From Chlorokybus atmophyticus (lineage: Eukaryota; Plantae; Mesostigma and Chlorokybus algae), in contig RHPI01002503.1 of the NCBI GenBank assembly GCA_009103225.1, positions 1,160,124 to 1,224,123 of the forward strand: DNA of 64,000 nt, read 5' to 3'. Shown here piece by piece: positions 59,929 to 64,000 of this stretch. A program made the translations under genes and the position numbers. A model generated the notes under the pieces. That model searched no databases. It saw only the letters and a list, made by a program, of their open reading frames with translations, and was not told the DNA's origin. Each line of letters starts with the position of its first letter. Positions within the stretch are counted from its first letter, which is position 1.

Positions 59929-62504
59929 CGGGGAAGCCCACTCGCGCACCACCTGCACTTTGTTGGGGTCCGGCTTGATGCCATGCGACACGATGTGGCC
60001 TAGGTACTCCACCTCTCAAAGCAAGAATTTGCACTTTTGTAGCTGGGCGTACAACTTGTGTTTGCGTAAACGCTGCAACACGCGCCGTAGACGTGCCACG
60101 TGCTCCTCCTTTGACTTCGCGTACACAAAAATGTCGTCGAGGTACACGAGAACTCCCTTACCAATCAAGTCAGCAAAAACGCTGTTGATTAGCGTTTAAT
60201 ATGTTGCCGGCGCGTTCGTAAGTCCGAAGGACATGACCACTCGTAGTGCCCATAATGTGTGTTAAAAGCTGTTTTCTCCACATCCTCGGGCGCGATGCGG
60301 ATTTGGTGATAACCTCCAGCAAGATCAAGTGTTGTGACGTACTGCGCACCTTGCAATTGCTCCAGCAACTCGTTGATGCGTGGGAGTGGAAAGCAATTCC
60401 TCTTCGTGATGTTGTTGAGAGCTCGGCAGTCGACGCACATGCGCAAGCTCCCGTTCTTCTTTCGTACAAACAAAATAGGTGCACCATAAGGGGATTTACT
60501 AGGCCTGATGTAGCCTCTTTTCAGCAAGTCCGCCACCTGCCTCTCGGCCTCTTCCAGCTCCAAAGGTGACAACTTGTATATGGGCGGATACGGTGGCTTG
60601 TGCACGCCCTCAATCAGCTCCACACGATGGTCTACGCTCCGTGGAGGTGGTAGACCAGATGGAAGTCCGTCCACCATAACATCTTGGTATTCTTTAACAA
60701 GTTCACACACCTCGGGGTCCATTGTAGCCGTCTTAACATCGTCACTCAACTCCGGTGCTGACTTTGCAGTGCTTTCGCGCACCACGCACAACCATGCAGC
60801 CTTTGCCATCGTGGAAACAATAACTTCCTTAATTGCACATAAGAGATCTGGGCAATTGTCGTACCACCTAATTGTGCGTGCCGCACCTCGATGACGTCCG
60901 ACGCAGCTATGACAAAATCTCTCTTGCTTTCCACAAAGCGATCTGCTTCTTCAATAGGGCATGCATGCATACCTTGAATGGACTCTCCACCGTTTCGTTC
61001 GATGGTGAGCATGCGCTTCCTCCAATTGATGGATGGATTATGTTGTTATAGCCACGGTAGTTCAAAAATCCCGTTAAACCCGTTCCCTAGTGTGATGCAG
61101 CAAAATCGCATGTTCTCCTTCATCTTGCCAATGCAAACGCACAACACTTTGGTCATAAGCGCAGCGCCATTACCTCCAGAGGGTGGCTCTCCATCAGCAG
61201 CTTCACTTCACCTCTTCGTAATGACGAAAGCCAACCGTAACGCCGCGCTATATCAATACTCATAAAGTTGACGTTAGCACCGTTATCAATCATGAGATTA
61301 CACTCTCTCCATCGTCCTTGGTCATCGCAAATGTGTGCTCGAAGCCCGAAGTGCTTTGTTGTCTCCTCTTTTGCATAACTCACCACCGTTGGCGCGTTCA
61401 TAGCCATCTCCTCTTGCTTCCTTGATGGGAATGTCACAGCATCCGTTCGTGCATCAGGCTCCTTCCTATCCCCAGCAGTAGCCTCCTCACCTACTGGGGG
61501 AAGTCGTTTTCCTGCTCCACGCCGTTTTGCTCCATGGTGTTGACGCGACGATCACGGCAAGGGTTGCCATCCGGTGTTAGCTTTTGCGTGCTTCGTTTGG
61601 GGCATCCGTACGCCAAATGCTCAGTCAACCTACACGCATAAAACTTGCGCACCCCTTTACCTCTTTCACCACGTCCGCCGTGCTTCGCCTCACTTCCACG
61701 CGTGTGTATGGCACCCACCTCCATTGGTGCAGGCCCAGAATCTCCACCTCCATTGGCAAGCGCTAAACTTGGTTCTCCTCGTCTCAATGCATGTTGGAAG
61801 CCTCCCCGAGGCTGATCACCATGCCTTTGCCTCCAGTCAGTGTTTCGTGAGGTAGACTTAAAGTACAACGCGTCGAGACGCTCCGCGATGCGTATAGCCT
61901 CCGCGAGTGTCTTCGGGTCCCAAAGCTCCACTTTTTTACGACTCAAAGGTTTTACACCACGTGTATACCTGTCCAGCTGCTCCTCCTCGGTCATATTGGG
62001 TACGGGCATCACCAATTAAAACGCAGCCGTGTACGCCATCACCGACCCCGTTTGCACAAGGGCCGCAAGATTGTCGCGCGGCCTTCACGCTCTCAACGGG
62101 AAGAAATTGAAGCCTGACCTCCATTGCCAACTGTGCCATGGTGGTCAATGGTAGCGCCAACCCATTTGCGACACGCGTACATCGATGCCTCCACCACACA
62201 AGTGCTGCACCTTCAAGAAATGTCGCGGCAACCTCCACATGTAAGTGTGCGGGTACCTCCGTGAGCTTTAACCATGATGACACTTGGAAAAGCCACTCGT
62301 CCACAACATCTCCATCACGTTGACCTTGAATGGCTTTGGCACCTTCACATGCACGCGCGAGCTTGACGCCGTGGGAACTTGTGCATGCGCCATGGCACGC
62401 TCGTACGCCTCGCATTGTGCTTGTGCTGCCGCTTGCATGTGATGAAGCTCTTCTCGCAGTGCCAAGACTGCATTTTGAAGCTCCTCAACACGGACATCCT
62501 CCAT
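59929..62504 (-). pseudogene. gag - protease - RT of element A
   Basis: Retrotrans_gag-like EWLFQV..AATFLEGAALVWW, PAPMEVGAI, degenerate knuckle, IDNGAN, SPYGAPILFVRKKNGSLRMCVD, LDLAGGYHQIRI, EYLGHIVS; frameshifted. Confidence 0.92.
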
Positions 62505-62602
62505 CTTTACCTTCTTTCCTTCACAAGTAGAGTGTAAACGCAGCCTCGTCCCTTAAAACGCTACCACACTTGCACCTCCGCAACCGCAGCTCCGATACCA
62601 GG

Positions 62603-63278
62603 TGTGACGGTGCTCGTGCCTTGTCATTTGCGAGCTGGTCCAATCAACAACCCTGTCACCAAGGCGCGGTATTCACACCGGAACCTTGCCCCCTTTGCCA
62701 AGCACACGCGTGCCCCGCCACTCGAGTATGCACGCGCATGCGCTCGAAGCTACACACCGACTTGTGTAGCGCTTTGAATCGTCACACAAGTAAGCACACA
62801 CCAGTGGACACACGCTAGCAACCCTTGCTAACCACCACCAAGCTTGCACACAAGAAACTAGGGAGCTAAAGGTTGTATTGCAAATTGTAGAATGTCACTT
62901 TTATACCTACCAGTCTGCACATGCTACTGTCTAGATGATTGTAGCGCTAGACGGAACTAGAAGCTAAGATACTCTTGCAGAATCTTGTAGTACACTTCTA
63001 AACTTCTAGACCTTTCTGACGCATCAAAGATCTCCTCATTTGCCGCTCATATGGTCAAGTTATACTACTTGGCGCTAGGCCCTTCCAGAAATCTGGTCGA
63101 GCCCTTCTCGAGTGGCCCTCCGTTTTCTGGCGTCTTCCAGACTGGCCCTGGGCCGGTTAATATCTGCGGCAGACTCGCAAGTCGCCGATATCCGCCACAA
63201 GTCATTGAAAACATGGTATCTCACAAATAAGACCTAAAATGGCCATAAAAATCTCGATTTTTGGCCTTGACTGTTACA
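62603..63278 (-). repeat. 5' LTR of element A (676 bp)
   Basis: TGTGAC..TGTTACA on the plus strand, adjacent to the PBS. Confidence 0.95.
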
Positions 63279-63661
63279 TTGTATCTACTCCGCCCAACGC
63301 ACGGCGGTCGTCGATGCTTTGTATTTGGTCAACCATTATACAAGCACGATCATGTACAACACCTTTCGCTCGACCCTTAAGCTGCAGCGAGTGCAGCTAA
63401 GCAACGTGTGTATTATATATATTACTTGTTAAAAGTTCAAATACTCAGAGGGCCTCAAAGAGTTGTTGCAATGGTTTGAGGCATGCTTGAAATGCACTTA
63501 CAATAACGTATTGAAGGGTGCTCATGGCTAGCGATCATGCATAAGCACAATGCAAATCATTATTAGCTATCAGTATGATAATAGCATGATGCCGGCGCAT
63601 TCGCTATAATCGTAACATATTGAAAAATGTTGTAATGGCTTATAAGAACTTCGAGTATAAG

Positions 63662-64000
63662 TGTCAGGAGAGAGGGTGTGCCCCTCCTCCCTTTAATCCC
63701 CTACCCCAACACCACCACCAGCCTCGCCGCCGCCGCCGCCACTGCCGGGGCAGTTGCCAGAGCAAAAGATGCTCTGGCTATGGCGGCCGCTGCGTTAGCA
63801 GCGCCGCCATGCAGCTGATATCCACATGAGACTCATGTCTCATGTCGATATCAGTGTTATAGTTAAGTAACACTACATTAGGGCCTTAACACTAGGTTAA
63901 CGGCCCTAATAAGGCTTAATAGGCTGTATAATCCCGTTGGGACCCTTATTTAATCCTAAATAAGGGCGGGGAACCTCTATGGAGGTAGCACACCGTTACA
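63662..64000. mobile_element. LTR (339 bp) of the same family as 10635-11480; solo or belonging to an element beyond the window
   Basis: TGTCAG..CCGTTACA; collinear with 10635-10672 plus 11186-11480. Confidence 0.82.

Larger units (their letters stand above)
55136..63278 (-). mobile_element. Full-length degenerate Ty3/Gypsy chromovirus (element A)
   Basis: LTRs 55136-55791 and 62603-63278, TSD TTGTA on both sides, PBS TGGTATCGGAGC (62589-62600), PPT GGGGCGAGGAG. Gag, PR (IDNGANVNF), RT, RH, integrase (HPQTDGQTER) and chromodomain are in order, with many frameshifts. Confidence 0.96.

Overview
Eukaryotic nuclear DNA of about 50% GC with short GT-AG introns. It is most consistent with a flagellated green alga, probably an early streptophyte (plant-type MAT1 and clathrin, plus IFT122); this organism call is inference. 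All sequence comparisons were done by eye, without database searches. 1-10 kb: a spliced Plavaka/CACTA-like DDE transposase (minus strand) flanked by probable cargo genes, namely a predicted single gene combining an OTU deubiquitinase domain with a C-terminal RING finger, a Cys-rich zinc-finger + Tudor gene, and a small acidic-tailed gene. 10-11.5 kb: two different complete TRIM mini-retrotransposons (LTRs, PBS, PPT, 5-bp TSDs), one nested in a solo LTR. 12-41 kb: host genes for clathrin heavy chain, IFT122, an SFI1-repeat-like coiled-coil protein and MAT1, with a Penelope-like RT relic between the first two. 37.7-54.8 kb: decayed inverted and direct duplications, a 1-kb solo LTR, hairpin arrays and an AA15-like LPMO pseudogene. 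55.1-63.3 kb: a full-length degenerate chromovirus (Ty3/Gypsy) containing an N-bounded segment of a second Gypsy with an in-frame gag-UAG-pol junction and an extra methylase-like domain. Two assembly gaps and several single Ns limit interpretation.
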